Assembly (NCBI GenBank): GCA_036507075.1
Contig: DASXQR010000083.1
Span: 72,233-136,232, forward strand
Origin: Acidobacteriota bacterium
GTDB lineage: Bacteria; Acidobacteriota; UBA6911; JACQSX01
Length of the DNA: 64,000 nucleotides
Reading direction: 5' to 3'
Shown: piece after piece, positions 19,363 through 29,841 of the stretch
How positions within the stretch are numbered: position 1 is the first letter of the stretch
Layout: each line of letters opens with the position of its first letter
Program-made: the position numbers and the translations under genes
The notes under the pieces: generated by a model
The model's database searches: none
What the model saw: the letters and a program-made list of their open reading frames with translations, nothing else
Told to the model about the DNA's origin: nothing

Positions 19363-19519
19363 ATAGATGAGTACAACCTGGACGACGAAAAAGTTTGATC
19401 ATACCCAAAGCGAAACGCAGTCGCAAGGGGCCGAACGCGCATTAGGTTGACCGCTGTCAAGTTGAGCCGCTAAACTTAGCCGCGGTTTAACACGAATTGC
19501 ACGGATCTTTGAGCCTTAT

Positions 19520-20191
19520 ATGAGTACACGAGTGCTACTGGTTCGACATGGTGCTACCGAGTTGAGCCCGGAAGATCGCTTTGCGGGTTCCACCGATGTT
19601 CTTCTTTCCGAAGAAGGGCAGCGCCAGGCATCGGAGCTGGCGGCGCGATTGTCCGGCCTTCGGCTGGCTGCGGTGTATTCCAGCCCTCTGCAGCGCTCCC
19701 TCCGGACCGCGGAGATTCTGGCGGCACCCCACAGTCTGGCTGTGACGCAGATCAAGGACTTCCGTGAGATTTCTCATGGCCGATGGGAGGGTCTGACTCG
19801 CGGGGAAGTGGAGAAGAGCTTTGCTCAGGAATACTTGTCCTGGGATGCAGATCCGTTCACTTTTGCGCCTCTCGGAGGGGAAACCGGTCTCAGTGTTCTG
19901 GCTCGGGCCCTCCCTGCGCTTCGCGAAGTAGTTCTAAAACACGAGCGCCAAACCGTGCTGATCGTGTCGCACAAGTCCACGATTCGGCTTCTTATCGGAA
20001 GTTTCCTCGGATTTGATTTACGAGAGTATCGCGACCGCCTGGATCAGCAGCCCTGTTGCTTGAACGTATTGGACTTCAAGGATCCGGCGCGCATGCGCCT
20101 GATGCTCTTCAATGACATTTCGCACTACCATGACCATCCCAAAACTCCCAAAGCTGTGCTCTCCAAATCGTGGGATGCGCTCAAAAAATGA
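19520..20191 (+). CDS. histidine phosphatase (phosphoglycerate mutase-like) family protein
   Basis: RHG catalytic motif in LLVRHGATE. Confidence 0.75.
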   Translation: MSTRVLLVRHGATELSPEDRFAGSTDVLLSEEGQRQASELAARLSGLRLAAVYSSPLQRSLRTAEILAAPHSLAVTQIKDFREISHGRWEGLTRGEVEKSFAQEYLSWDADPFTFAPLGGETGLSVLARALPALREVVLKHERQTVLIVSHKSTIRLLIGSFLGFDLREYRDRLDQQPCCLNVLDFKDPARMRLMLFNDISHYHDHPKTPKAVLSKSWDALKK

Positions 20192-20225
20192 ATGGAGTTA
20201 AAACATCACCACAAAGGCACAACGG

Positions 20226-20325
20226 GGCAGAGCCGCAACCAAACACGTCATCGGTCATTAGTCATTAGTTCGTCGGTTAAAGAATCTTGCTAAAAAAACA
20301 AGAAGATCGCCAACTTGTTACACAA
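20226..20325. repeat. intergenic element (gccgcaaccaaac...gtcattagtcattag...gttaaagaatcttgctaaaaaaacaagaa...gccaacttgttacac), copy 1
   Basis: About 90% identical to 27921..28016. It lies upstream of the S9 peptidase gene. Confidence 0.6.
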
Positions 20326-20440
20326 AGGGCACAAATATTCTTTCGAAACTTCTGGACGATTCGTTCGTATTAATTTGGATGAATCACGTTCTACTGATCG
20401 GGATGGCCGGGTTGGCAGGAACGTGGAAAAGGAGCTCAAG

Positions 20441-22375
20441 GTGAAGCTTTTTTCCCGAATTCTTATCTGCTCTTTCCTGTTCTCGGCCGCCGCCGCCCAG
20501 GTGCAGGAAATCATTCCCGGTGACAATCTGGTCTTGGACGGAATTCCAAAAATTCCGGCCAGTCTGACCGAGTCAGTAGATCGTTATACGCAGGCGCGCT
20601 CAGCCACGCTGGTCGACTGGCACCCCGTGCGCCGGGAAATGCTGATCCGCACGCGATTTGCTGATACCTTCCAGATTCACCTGGTGAAAATGCCCGGCGG
20701 AGCCCGCACGCAGATGACGTTTTTTGCTGAGCCGGTCAATGTCGCCTCCTTCCAGCCCAGGCAGGGTGACTACTTCGTTTACTTAAAAGATGCCGGCGGA
20801 AACGAGTTCTACCAGATCTACCGTCTCGATCTGTCCACGGGAAAAAGCGCTCTGCTCACCGATGGGCGCTCCCGGAACATATTGGGACGCTGGTCTTCTG
20901 GCGGCGATAGAGTGGCGTACACGTCCACCCGGAGAAACGGAAAGGATCTTGATATTTATGTCGTAACCCCCACCGATCCGAAGAGCGATCGGAAGCTGGT
21001 CGAATTGCAAGGCGGCGGTTGGGACGTGCTTGACTGGTCGCCCGACGATCGCAAACTCCTGGTGATGGAGCTCGTCTCCGCCAATGAGAGTTATCTCTGG
21101 TTGTTCGATTCCTCATCTGGTGAAAAAACACTCCTCACGGCCAGGGAGCAGGGGGAAAAGGTAATGTACCGAGCCGGTCGTTTTTCCACGGACGGCAAGG
21201 GGATTTACGCGGCGACAGATTTCGGTTCGGACTTCCAACGCCTCGCTTACATCGATCTGGCGACAAAAAAGCCGTCGTTCTTGACGACGCATATCCCGTG
21301 GGACGTTGAAGAATTCGATCTGTCTTCGGACGGGAAATGGATTGTATTTGCAACCAATGAAGATGGCGCCAGCGTGCTGCGGCTGCTGGATACGGCGAAC
21401 CGCCGTGAGAAACCGCTGCCCAAACTTCCCAACGGGATGATAACGGACATCAAGTTTCATCCGAACGGAAAGGAATTCGGTTTCAGTTTTTTGTCTGCGC
21501 AGGCGTCGGATGTTTATTCCGTGGACATCCGCATAGGAAAGCTGGAGCGCTGGACGTCGAGCGAAATGGGTGGCTTGAATCCGGAAAATTTTCACAATCC
21601 GGAGCTGGTCCGATGGAAGAGCTTCGACGGCAAAATGATTTCCGGATTTGTTTACAAGCCGATGCAGGGCTTTACCGGCAAGCGGCCCGTGATGATCGAA
21701 ATACATGGCGGTCCCGAGGATCAGTTCCGTCCTCGCTTCCTCGGCAGGCGAAACTATTTCATCAATGAGATGGGGGTTGCTCTGATTTACCCCAATGTTC
21801 GAGGCTCTTCCGGTTACGGAAAGAGCTTCCTGAAACTCGATAATGGGACGCTGCGCGACAACTCATACAAGGACATTGCGGCGCTTCTGGACTGGATTCG
21901 AACACAGCCGGATCTGGATGCCGACAGAGTTCTGGTGACAGGCGGAAGCTATGGCGGTTTCATGACGCTGGCAGTGGCGACAAACTACAGCGATCGGATC
22001 CGATGCGCTTTGGATATTGTCGGGCCTTCAAATCTGGTTACGTTCCTGGAAAGAACGGAGAGCTATCGGAGAGATCTGCGGCGCGCCGAGTATGGCGACG
22101 AGAGGGATCCTTCGATTCGGGAGTACCTTGAAAAAATCGCCCCGATGAATCATGCCTCCGATATCAGGAAGCCTCTCTTTGTCATTCAGGGAAAGAATGA
22201 TCCCCGCGTTCCGGCAAGTGAGTCAGAGCAGATCGTTCAGACGGTAAAAAAGAATGGCACGCCGGTCTGGTACCTGATGGCTAAAGACGAAGGTCACGGA
22301 TTTGCGAAAAAGAAGAACGTGGATTTTCAGTTCTACGCAACGATCCTGTTCATGCAGGAGTACTTGCTAAAGTAA
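20441..22375 (+). CDS. S9-family serine peptidase (prolyl oligopeptidase/dipeptidyl aminopeptidase-like) with N-terminal beta-propeller and signal peptide
   Basis: GGSYGGFMT nucleophile elbow and a C-terminal D/H triad region. GTG start with a GGAG RBS. The upstream ATG at 20315 lies inside the repeat and is taken as spurious. Confidence 0.8.
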   Translation: MKLFSRILICSFLFSAAAAQVQEIIPGDNLVLDGIPKIPASLTESVDRYTQARSATLVDWHPVRREMLIRTRFADTFQIHLVKMPGGARTQMTFFAEPVNVASFQPRQGDYFVYLKDAGGNEFYQIYRLDLSTGKSALLTDGRSRNILGRWSSGGDRVAYTSTRRNGKDLDIYVVTPTDPKSDRKLVELQGGGWDVLDWSPDDRKLLVMELVSANESYLWLFDSSSGEKTLLTAREQGEKVMYRAGRFSTDGKGIYAATDFGSDFQRLAYIDLATKKPSFLTTHIPWDVEEFDLSSDGKWIVFATNEDGASVLRLLDTANRREKPLPKLPNGMITDIKFHPNGKEFGFSFLSAQASDVYSVDIRIGKLERWTSSEMGGLNPENFHNPELVRWKSFDGKMISGFVYKPMQGFTGKRPVMIEIHGGPEDQFRPRFLGRRNYFINEMGVALIYPNVRGSSGYGKSFLKLDNGTLRDNSYKDIAALLDWIRTQPDLDADRVLVTGGSYGGFMTLAVATNYSDRIRCALDIVGPSNLVTFLERTESYRRDLRRAEYGDERDPSIREYLEKIAPMNHASDIRKPLFVIQGKNDPRVPASESEQIVQTVKKNGTPVWYLMAKDEGHGFAKKKNVDFQFYATILFMQEYLLK

Positions 22376-22479
22376 GACTGGTTTTCTTTGAAACGCCAAG
22401 ACACCAACATATTGGGTCCGGACAGAGACCGCGGCGGTTTGATGCCGAGTGATAGTGCCTTGGTGGTTGGTTCGTGAAT

Positions 22480-22495
22480 GGGGTCCGCGGACCCT
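22480..22495. other. perfect GC palindrome (GGGTCCGCGGACCC) between convergent genes
   Basis: Stem-loop with no U-run. Confidence 0.3.
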
Positions 22496-22529
22496 GGGAA
22501 TTCCGCGGCGTTACGAAAACGGATAAGAA

Positions 22530-22736
22530 TCAAATCTTCACGACGTTTTCGGCCTGGTCACCCTTGGGACCACGTGTCACCGTGAACTCAACTGCCTGAC
22601 CTTCCGCCAGGGTCTTGAATCCGGACCCTTGAATAGCGGTGTGGTGAACGAACACGTCTTCGCCAGACGCACGTTTGATAAAGCCATAGCCTTTTGCGTC
22701 GTTAAACCACTTCACTGTTCCTTGTTCTCTGCTCAT
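22530..22736 (-). CDS. cspA: cold-shock protein, CspA family
   Basis: [20 protein letters not shown]... Confidence 0.9.
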   Translation of the reverse strand: MSREQGTVKWFNDAKGYGFIKRASGEDVFVHHTAIQGSGFKTLAEGQAVEFTVTRGPKGDQAENVVKI

Positions 22737-23027
22737 GTTATTTCCTTTGCTACCTGTTACGGTGGTTCTTGTTGGTTGAAACTTACTTCTTGTCCGTTTT
22801 CGTAAGATCAGGCAAACAAAAAAGAGCTGCGAAACTCCCAGGGTTTCGTAGCTCTCGTGTGTTATCCTTACAAAAACCTGACCAAGACGGCACCAGTCTA
22901 GGCAAATCGTCAATCACAGGTCAATCGAAATCTGCCAGATTTTCTTCGCGTTGTTCAGCCAAAAAAATGTGAACGTCGTCACGACACGCTGCCGCATTGC
23001 CAAACGCGCAGCGGTGAAAAATGGGAC

Positions 23028-23198
23028 ACGAATTAGCACGAATTTCACGAATTTCACGAAGTCACCTTAGCGATCAGGAAATTAATTAGAAGGATCTCGA
23101 ACTTAATGCAGAGCGATACAAGGTCATCGAAATAATGATTCCTGCAGTGATTCAAAGAGATTCGTGGAATTCTTGGAATTCGTGAAATTCGTGCTCAA
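23028..23198. repeat. inverted repeat of tandem cacgaatttcacgaa words (arms about 25 bp, about 100-bp spacer)
   Basis: acgaatttcacgaatttcacgaag ... cgtgaaattcgtg. Located between the parB stop and the csp upstream region. Confidence 0.5.
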
Positions 23199-23201
23199 CT
23201 C

Positions 23202-24056
23202 TCACCGGCCCATCAACAAACCGTAGATCCGATCCAGGTCATCGTTGTTGAAATAAAAAATTTCGACTTTTCCTCCTTTGCCTTTCTTTTTGATTGCCAC
23301 TTTGGTTCCGAATCGGATTCGCAGCTTTTCTTCTGCTGCTTTTACGTTGGGATCCATGTGAATGCGTCGCTGGGGCTCCTTGTCGGACGCTCCCAGAAGC
23401 TGACGAACCAACCTCTCGGTATTACGGACCGACAGCTCTTTTTCGATAATCTGCTGTGCCGCCTGGACCTGGGCTTTCGGGTCTTCCAAAGCCAACAGGG
23501 CGCGGGCGTGGCCCATTGTTAACTTGTTTTCTATCAACAACTTACGCACCTTTTCAGCCAGCTTCAGAAGCCGCAGTGCGTTGGCCACAGTGGCCCGATT
23601 CTTCCCTACTCTTTGTGCAATGTCCTCTTGAGAGAGTCCAAAATGCTCCCAAAGATATTGGTAGGCCTTCGCCTCTTCAATGGCATTGAGCTCGTCGCGT
23701 TGAATGTTCTCGATCAGCGCGATTTCCAGGCTTTTTTCCTCGTCAACATTTTTGAGAATCGCCGGCAGTTTTGGAATTCCCGCCATTTGCGCCGCCCGCC
23801 AGCGGCGCTCGCCTGCAATAAGCTCGTAGCGCGTCCCTATCTGCCGCACCACCACAGGCTGCACCACCCCATTTTGTTTAATTGATGCTGCCAGCTCGGC
23901 CAGCCTGTCCGGATCAAACTCCGATCGCGGCTGGTAACGGTTCGGCGAGATCAGGTCGATGTCGATTTCACGCAGATTTCCCTGCGCGGGCACCGACGCG
24001 ATGCCGGCTGCAGGGATCAGCGCTTCAATTCCCCGTCCCAGTACTTTTCTTTTCAT
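23202..24056 (-). CDS. parB: chromosome partitioning protein ParB/Spo0J
   Basis: ParB N-terminal domain with GERRWRAAQMAG and an HTH. Confidence 0.9.
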   Translation of the reverse strand: MKRKVLGRGIEALIPAAGIASVPAQGNLREIDIDLISPNRYQPRSEFDPDRLAELAASIKQNGVVQPVVVRQIGTRYELIAGERRWRAAQMAGIPKLPAILKNVDEEKSLEIALIENIQRDELNAIEEAKAYQYLWEHFGLSQEDIAQRVGKNRATVANALRLLKLAEKVRKLLIENKLTMGHARALLALEDPKAQVQAAQQIIEKELSVRNTERLVRQLLGASDKEPQRRIHMDPNVKAAEEKLRIRFGTKVAIKKKGKGGKVEIFYFNNDDLDRIYGLLMGR

Positions 24057-24810
24057 GATCGAGGATTTCCTTGGCTAAGTTGATGTACGAGACAGCTCCG
24101 CGGGACCTGGCGTCATAAATCAGAATGGGCTTGCCGAAGCTGGGTGCTTCGGCGAGACGAACATTCCGCGGAATGACGGTTTGAAAAACTTTTCCATCGA
24201 AGTGAGCTCGCAAGTCGTTCTCCACCTGCTGGCTGAGATTGAGACGCTCGTCGTATAAGGTCAAAACAATTCCCATTACAACCAATCGGGGATTAAAAGC
24301 CGTTTTCACACGCTCGACCGTATCCACCAGATCCGACAATCCTTCCAGGGCAAAGTACTCGCATTGAATGGGAATCAGGACCTCATCAGCCGCCACCAGC
24401 ACATTTAAGGTAAGCAATCCCAGCGAAGGAGGTGAATCGATCAGGATCACATCGAAATCCGGCCTTAAAGAATCGAGCACTTGCCGCAGGACAAATTCCC
24501 GCCCCTCCAGGTCGGCCAGTTCCAGCGTGGCGCCCACCAGGTCTTTGCCTGCCGGCAGCAGAAACAGGGTAGCAACTTCGGTCGGCTGAATAGCATCGCG
24601 GACCGGGAAGCCCCGCATTAACACGTCGTAGAGGGTCGGGCGGCCCTGATTCCGGTCAAAGCCCAGGCCGCTGGAACAATTTCCCTGCGAGTCGCAGTCC
24701 ACGACCAGCACCTTTAATTCAGCGGCTGCCAGTGAGGCTCCCAGGTTAATTACGGTAGTAGTTTTGCCGACGCCGCCCTTTTGGTTGGCAACAGCCAGGA
24801 TTTTTTGCAT
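24025..24810 (-). CDS. parA: chromosome partitioning ATPase ParA/Soj
   Basis: Deviant Walker A KGGVGKTTT. Start set at MQKILAV (cat 24808-24810). Confidence 0.9.
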   Translation of the reverse strand: MQKILAVANQKGGVGKTTTVINLGASLAAAELKVLVVDCDSQGNCSSGLGFDRNQGRPTLYDVLMRGFPVRDAIQPTEVATLFLLPAGKDLVGATLELADLEGREFVLRQVLDSLRPDFDVILIDSPPSLGLLTLNVLVAADEVLIPIQCEYFALEGLSDLVDTVERVKTAFNPRLVVMGIVLTLYDERLNLSQQVENDLRAHFDGKVFQTVIPRNVRLAEAPSFGKPILIYDARSRGAVSYINLAKEILDHEKKSTGTGN

Positions 24811-24852
24811 GTGCGTCGTTCTGCGGATTATTTGTACCAGAAGTATCGGCAA

Positions 24853-24868
24853 TGTTCCACGTGAAACA
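24853..24868. promoter_or_regulatory. parS site (tgttccacgtgaaaca, 15/16 to consensus)
   Basis: Palindromic match to tGTTtCACGTGAAACa just upstream of parA. Confidence 0.7.
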
Positions 24869-24891
24869 GCGGAGCTCACCGTCGTGCATGG

Positions 24892-24907
24892 TGTTCCACG
24901 TGGAACA
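24892..24907. promoter_or_regulatory. parS site (tgttccacgtggaaca, 14/16)
   Basis: A second, perfectly palindromic variant 24 bp from the first. Confidence 0.65.
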
Positions 24908-24912
24908 ATGGG

Positions 24913-25533
24913 TCAGCGTTTAGTCTTTCGCGCCAGCAGAAGGGTGCGATTTTCAGAACGGGGGATCGGGATGCGCTGGATGTCGCATCCTTCCAACGTC
25001 TTCTCGGTTCGCTCGCCGGCCCCCTGAAAGCAGAGGTAGAGGCAAGCAGGAGAGGTGTTTGCTTTCAGGAAATTAAAGTCTTTCGGTTCCAGCTTGAGTC
25101 CGCGCCAGCAAACCACATCGGCCTGCTGCAGGAACGGTGCCGATTCGACCAGCCGCAAAGGATAGATTCCCACATGCAAAAGATCCAGGCGGCGGGCCAC
25201 CTCCCGCTGAAAAAGGATCTTCTTCTTTCGTGAATCAATCGAGACCAGTCGGAAGGCGGGGCGAACGATCTTCATAGCCAGCCCGGGAAATCCAGCGCCC
25301 GAACCCACGTCGACTACCCGAACATTACCCGAGGGAAGTTGTTCGGCGGCAAAGAAGGATTCCAGGAAATGCAGACGGATGGCATCTTCCTCGTTATGGA
25401 TACTGGTGAGGTTCACCTTCCGGTTCCACTTTGTCAGCAGATCCAGATAAATCTGCACCTTAGCCAAGTGTTCCGGGCTCAGCGCAAGTCTAAAAAAAGA
25501 TGCTTCCGTCTCGATCCAGTCTGTAGTGACCAC
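24913..25533 (-). CDS. rsmG: 16S rRNA (guanine527-N7)-methyltransferase RsmG (GidB)
   Basis: SAM-binding motif VDVGSGAGFPGL, in the conserved context with mnmG and parAB. Confidence 0.85.
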   Translation of the reverse strand: MVTTDWIETEASFFRLALSPEHLAKVQIYLDLLTKWNRKVNLTSIHNEEDAIRLHFLESFFAAEQLPSGNVRVVDVGSGAGFPGLAMKIVRPAFRLVSIDSRKKKILFQREVARRLDLLHVGIYPLRLVESAPFLQQADVVCWRGLKLEPKDFNFLKANTSPACLYLCFQGAGERTEKTLEGCDIQRIPIPRSENRTLLLARKTKR

Positions 25534-25925
25534 GGATAAGGATTATAGCGGCTGAGTAAGTCCCGCTTGCCGTTTATTGAGCAGCTTGCTGCCTCGGTCG
25601 TCAAAGAAAGGAATTTCACTGCCGAAAACGCACGGCGGCATAGCCACAAGCAAAGGTGCTGCCGCATTCACCGCAGAGCCGCAATGAACACCGAGTTTCC
25701 GCAGAGATTCCATTGCTAACTCTGCGGGGCTTGCCGTCCTCGGCGACTCTGCGGTGAATGCGAGGCTCCGAATCAGTAGCTGGACCATTTGGGCAACACG
25801 CCCTTAAAAGCCGAGACTACTGCGAGTCCGTTGAAGCGTACTCTCAGCAGCGAACGGAATATTCTGGCTGGGATCTTCGTAGAAAGCGAAGAATTCGGAG
25901 TATAGACAACGACTTACAGAACTTC

Positions 25926-27815
25926 TCAGCTGGCGGCGGCGCGGCGGCGGCGATCCAGTTCCAACTGAACGTTGATGATCGAAACCGCAGCAGGCGTGAT
26001 ACCGGAAACGCGCGAAGCTACTCCCAACGTCACTGGTCGAAGGCGCGAGAGTTTTTCGACTATCTCGCGCGACAGGCCCGGAACATGAGCGTAGTCAAAA
26101 TCGGGTGGAATCCTGCGCTGCTGAACTCCTTTGATCTTTTCCACCTCTGCAAGCTGCTGGCGGATGTACCCTTCGTACTTAATCTGAGTTTCAACGATGG
26201 AGGCTTCTTCATCGCTCAGCCCGATTCCACAGTCCCCCAGCATGCTGCGAAAGGCGCCGATGGCAAATTCCGGTCTTTTGAGCAACTGTTCCAGCGAAAC
26301 TCCCGCCGGGATATCGCGCTGGACATGTTCAGATAATTGCTGCCTGTAGGGAGAAGCTTCTTTCAGGATCGTGCGCCTAAGGTGGTCTGCCGCAGCGTCA
26401 ACCCGAACGTACTTTTGCCGGCACTCCTCGTCACGGTCCGGACTCACTAGGCCAAGCGCTAAACCTTTATTTATCAGACGCTTATCAGCGTTATCGATTC
26501 TCAAGAGGAGGCGGAATTCTGCCCTGGACGTGAACATTCGATAAGGCTCGTCGACGCCTCTGGACACCAGGTCGTCGCACAGAATCCCGATATAGGCCTC
26601 CGAACGATCCAGGAAAAACGGATCCTGATTGCGAACCTTCAGCGCTGCATTGATCCCGGCAATGATTCCCTGCGCGGCGGCTTCCTCATATCCCGTTGTC
26701 CCGTTGATTTGACCGGCGTGAAACAGATTCTCTATTTGCCTGGTCTCGAAAGATGCCGACAGATTTGTCGGCTGCATGAAGTCGTACTCAATGGCATAAC
26801 CCGGACGGATCATTTCTACTTGTTGCATGCCGGGAATCGACCGCAGCATTTCCAGTTGAACATCAATGGGCATGCTGGTGGAAAGTCCATTCACATAAAC
26901 CTCGTTTGTTCCAATCCCTTCCGGCTCAAGGAAAATCTGGTGCCGCTCTTTGTCGGCAAACTTTACGATCTTGTCTTCGATAGAAGGGCAGTAGCGAGGC
27001 CCGATCCCCTGAATTTGCCCGCTGTACAATGGCGATCGGTGGATATTCCGCCGAATGACCTCATGCAGCGCGGGAGGCGTGTAGCCGATATAACAGGGAA
27101 GCTGCGGCTGCAGCGGCTGCTTGCTGGTGTAGCTGAACAAGGTTGGCCTGGCGTCGCCGTGCTGGATTTCGAATTTGGACAAATCGACGGTGCGGCCGTC
27201 GATCCGCGGCGGCGTGCCGGTTTTTAACCGTCCCATCGGGAAGCCGAGACGCTGGAACGATTGCGCCAGTTTGAGGGAAGCGATTTCGCCTGACCGGCCG
27301 GCGGAATAACGACGTTCTCCAATGTGAATCAAACCGTTCAGGAATGTACCCGTCGTAACGATCACAGCGCTGGCTCCGATCCGGCGCCCGTCGATCAGTT
27401 CCACACCCACAACCCTGTCTTCACGAATGATGAAATCGGTGACTTCTGCCTGTTTCAAAAACAGGTTGGGTTCCAGCTCGAGGCGGCGCCTCATCTCCCG
27501 CCGATAAAGCGCACGATCGGCCTGCGCACGCGGAGACTGAACCGCAGGGCCACGGCTGCTGTTCAGGACCCGAAACTGAATGCCGGCCCGATCGATCACC
27601 TCGGGCATCGCTCCGCCCAGACAATCCAGCTCGCGCACCAGATGCCCCTTGGCGATTCCTCCCACGGCCGGGTTGCACGACATCTGGCCGATAGTATCCA
27701 GATTGATGGTGAACATGGCCGTGCGCATGCCCATTTTGGCGGCAGCCAGCGCAGCCTCACATCCAGCATGACCGCCGCCGATCACCACCACATCGAAGGA
27801 CTCATGAAAATACAT
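25926..27815 (-). CDS. mnmG: tRNA uridine-5-carboxymethylaminomethyl modification enzyme MnmG (GidA)
   Basis: FAD-binding VVIGGGHAGCEAA and full length of about 629 aa. Confidence 0.9.
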   Translation of the reverse strand: MYFHESFDVVVIGGGHAGCEAALAAAKMGMRTAMFTINLDTIGQMSCNPAVGGIAKGHLVRELDCLGGAMPEVIDRAGIQFRVLNSSRGPAVQSPRAQADRALYRREMRRRLELEPNLFLKQAEVTDFIIREDRVVGVELIDGRRIGASAVIVTTGTFLNGLIHIGERRYSAGRSGEIASLKLAQSFQRLGFPMGRLKTGTPPRIDGRTVDLSKFEIQHGDARPTLFSYTSKQPLQPQLPCYIGYTPPALHEVIRRNIHRSPLYSGQIQGIGPRYCPSIEDKIVKFADKERHQIFLEPEGIGTNEVYVNGLSTSMPIDVQLEMLRSIPGMQQVEMIRPGYAIEYDFMQPTNLSASFETRQIENLFHAGQINGTTGYEEAAAQGIIAGINAALKVRNQDPFFLDRSEAYIGILCDDLVSRGVDEPYRMFTSRAEFRLLLRIDNADKRLINKGLALGLVSPDRDEECRQKYVRVDAAADHLRRTILKEASPYRQQLSEHVQRDIPAGVSLEQLLKRPEFAIGAFRSMLGDCGIGLSDEEASIVETQIKYEGYIRQQLAEVEKIKGVQQRRIPPDFDYAHVPGLSREIVEKLSRLRPVTLGVASRVSGITPAAVSIINVQLELDRRRRAAAS

Positions 27816-27920
27816 GGCAGAGAGAAATTATAGCGGAAAAACGAGTGTCGAGTGTTGAGTGGTCTAGTTTGTGCTGCCCATCGAGGAAGGCCCTCACCAC
27901 AGAGGCACAGCCCGGCCGCA

Positions 27921-28035
27921 GGCCGCAACCAAACGCGTTATCGGTCATTAGTCATTGGTTCATTAGTTAAAGAATCTTGCTAAAAAAACAAGAAATTGCC
28001 AACTTGTTACACGACGCGGCAGAGCCGCAACCAAG
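27921..28035. repeat. intergenic element copy 2, flanked by an 11-bp direct repeat gccgcaaccaa
   Basis: Aligns with 20226..20325. The sequence gccgcaaccaa(a/g) occurs at both ends (27922-27932 and 28025-28035). Confidence 0.55.
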
Positions 28036-28211
28036 AAACCGTGCACGAAACGTCAACGACTACGTCTAACGCCTACGAGCACGAGCACGACAACCTCGAC
28101 GCCCTACGGTCACGAGCCTAGAGTGGCCGTCAGGCCACAACCAACGGTGATGGGACAAAACCTATGTGGCTTTGCCGCCAGCTCTTGCGGAAAGGCTTTG
28201 CCTTTCCGCAT

Positions 28212-28322
28212 GAGTTGACGGCAAAGCCGCTATCCCCGTCCGATTCTTTCGTGGGACGTGGTCGTTTGAGTTGGCGGCAAAGCCGCTATCCGCGTCCGAT
28301 TCTTTCGTGAGACGTGGTCGTT
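28212..28322. repeat. tandem direct repeat, about 56 bp x2 (gagttgacggcaaagccgctatccccgtccgattctttcgtgggacgtggtcgttt)
   Basis: Two adjacent copies with four mismatches, upstream of mnmE. Confidence 0.65.
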
Positions 28323-28440
28323 GACGTGAACGGTTTTGAAAAACTTTGCCAAAATAAACCAAGGTTGCCAACGTGCTTCACAGAGAACACGAATCAGTTA
28401 CTTGTCACTGCTAACTGGCCGCTGGTAACCTGCCATTTAT

Positions 28441-29808
28441 ATGGATTCCATAGTGGCCCTGGCCACGCCACCCGGACATTCTGCCCTTGCCATTATTCGC
28501 GCGAGCGGACCGGAGGTCGGTACTTTTCTCAAGCGGCTCGCAAACCGGAACTCATTCCAGCCGCGTCACGCGACGCTGGCCGATTTGCACGATCCCAGCA
28601 CCGGCGAGAAGATCGATCATTGCGTAGTCCAATTTTTTCCAAGCCCCCACTCGTACACGGGCGAAGATTTATGTGAAATTTCTTGCCACGGCTCACCGGT
28701 GCTGATCAGCCGGCTGCTCGAGGCTGTTCTACACCTTGGCGCGCGATTGGCAGAGCCCGGAGAATTCACCCTGCGCGCTTTCCTCAACGGGAAAATGGAC
28801 CTGGCGCAGGCCGAGGCGGTGCGGGACCTGGTGGACGCGCGCACCGAATACCAGGCGCGGATCGCCCGCGAGCAGTTGGAGGGAAAACTCTCGGCCGCGC
28901 TCCAGCCCTTAAAACAAAAGCTTGTTGACGTCATTTCATTCCTGGAAACGGCTGTCGAGTTTGTGGAAGACGACGTGGGCGAAATTTCCCGCTCCGCTCA
29001 GGCAGAGAATCTGCAGCAGATCTGCCAGGATCTGCAGAAGATGGAGGCAAGCTACAGCTTCGGCAGGTTTATCCATGATGGCTTTCAGCTCGCCATTATC
29101 GGAAGGCCCAACGTGGGCAAATCAAGTTTGTTCAATGCCTTGCTTCAGAGTGATCGCGCCATAGTCACCGAGATCCCGGGCACGACGCGCGATTTGATCA
29201 CTGAATCGATGCATGTAGAGGGCGTCCCTGTCAGGCTGATTGACACGGCGGGAATCCGCTCGTCCTCGGATCGCATCGAGCAGATTGGGATCGAACGCTC
29301 GCATCAGGCCGCCGGCGACGCCGACGTTCTATTGGTCGTGCTGGACGCGACCTCTCCGGTGACAAGCGAGGATGAAGAATTATTGAAACGCCTGCAGAGC
29401 CAACCGGGAATTGTCGTATGGAACAAAATCGATCTGGCAGAACCGCAGCAGGCAACTGTTGGCAGGCGCCCGGCCGTCGATAAAGAGGCCATCCACATCA
29501 GTAAGGTCTCAGCGTTGAAGGGTGAAGGACTCAATGAACTGCGCCAATCCATTCACAGACTGCTTTCACAAAATGCAATCGCCGGCCAGCAGGGAATTAT
29601 CGTCACCAACCTGAGACACAAAATCTGTATGGCACAAACGCGCGTCGCCCTTGAAGAAGGATGCCGCGCGCTGCGTGAAAATCTGTCCGAGGAATTTGCG
29701 CTTTATCACATTCGATCGGGATTGCAGCGTCTCGGAGAGATCACCGGTGAAACCACGGTGGAAGACATTCTGGATAATATATTTTCCACCTTTTGTATCG
29801 GGAAATGA
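28441..29808 (+). CDS. mnmE: tRNA modification GTPase MnmE (TrmE)
   Basis: G-domain [10 protein letters not shown] and DTAG, with the C-terminal CIGK motif. Confidence 0.9.
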   Translation: MDSIVALATPPGHSALAIIRASGPEVGTFLKRLANRNSFQPRHATLADLHDPSTGEKIDHCVVQFFPSPHSYTGEDLCEISCHGSPVLISRLLEAVLHLGARLAEPGEFTLRAFLNGKMDLAQAEAVRDLVDARTEYQARIAREQLEGKLSAALQPLKQKLVDVISFLETAVEFVEDDVGEISRSAQAENLQQICQDLQKMEASYSFGRFIHDGFQLAIIGRPNVGKSSLFNALLQSDRAIVTEIPGTTRDLITESMHVEGVPVRLIDTAGIRSSSDRIEQIGIERSHQAAGDADVLLVVLDATSPVTSEDEELLKRLQSQPGIVVWNKIDLAEPQQATVGRRPAVDKEAIHISKVSALKGEGLNELRQSIHRLLSQNAIAGQQGIIVTNLRHKICMAQTRVALEEGCRALRENLSEEFALYHIRSGLQRLGEITGETTVEDILDNIFSTFCIGK

Positions 29809-29841
29809 CCGCCCTTGCCTTCGTGTTATAGTTTCATCGCG

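Noticed and set aside
20315-20440. Upstream ATG start for the S9 peptidase (MLHKGHK...)
   Set aside because: That ATG lies inside the repeated intergenic element. A GTG at 20441 with a GGAG RBS immediately precedes a signal peptide.
27816-28440. oriC between mnmG and mnmE
   Set aside because: No recognisable cluster of DnaA boxes (TTATCCACA) was found by eye and dnaA is not in the window. The idea is kept only as a low-interest note.
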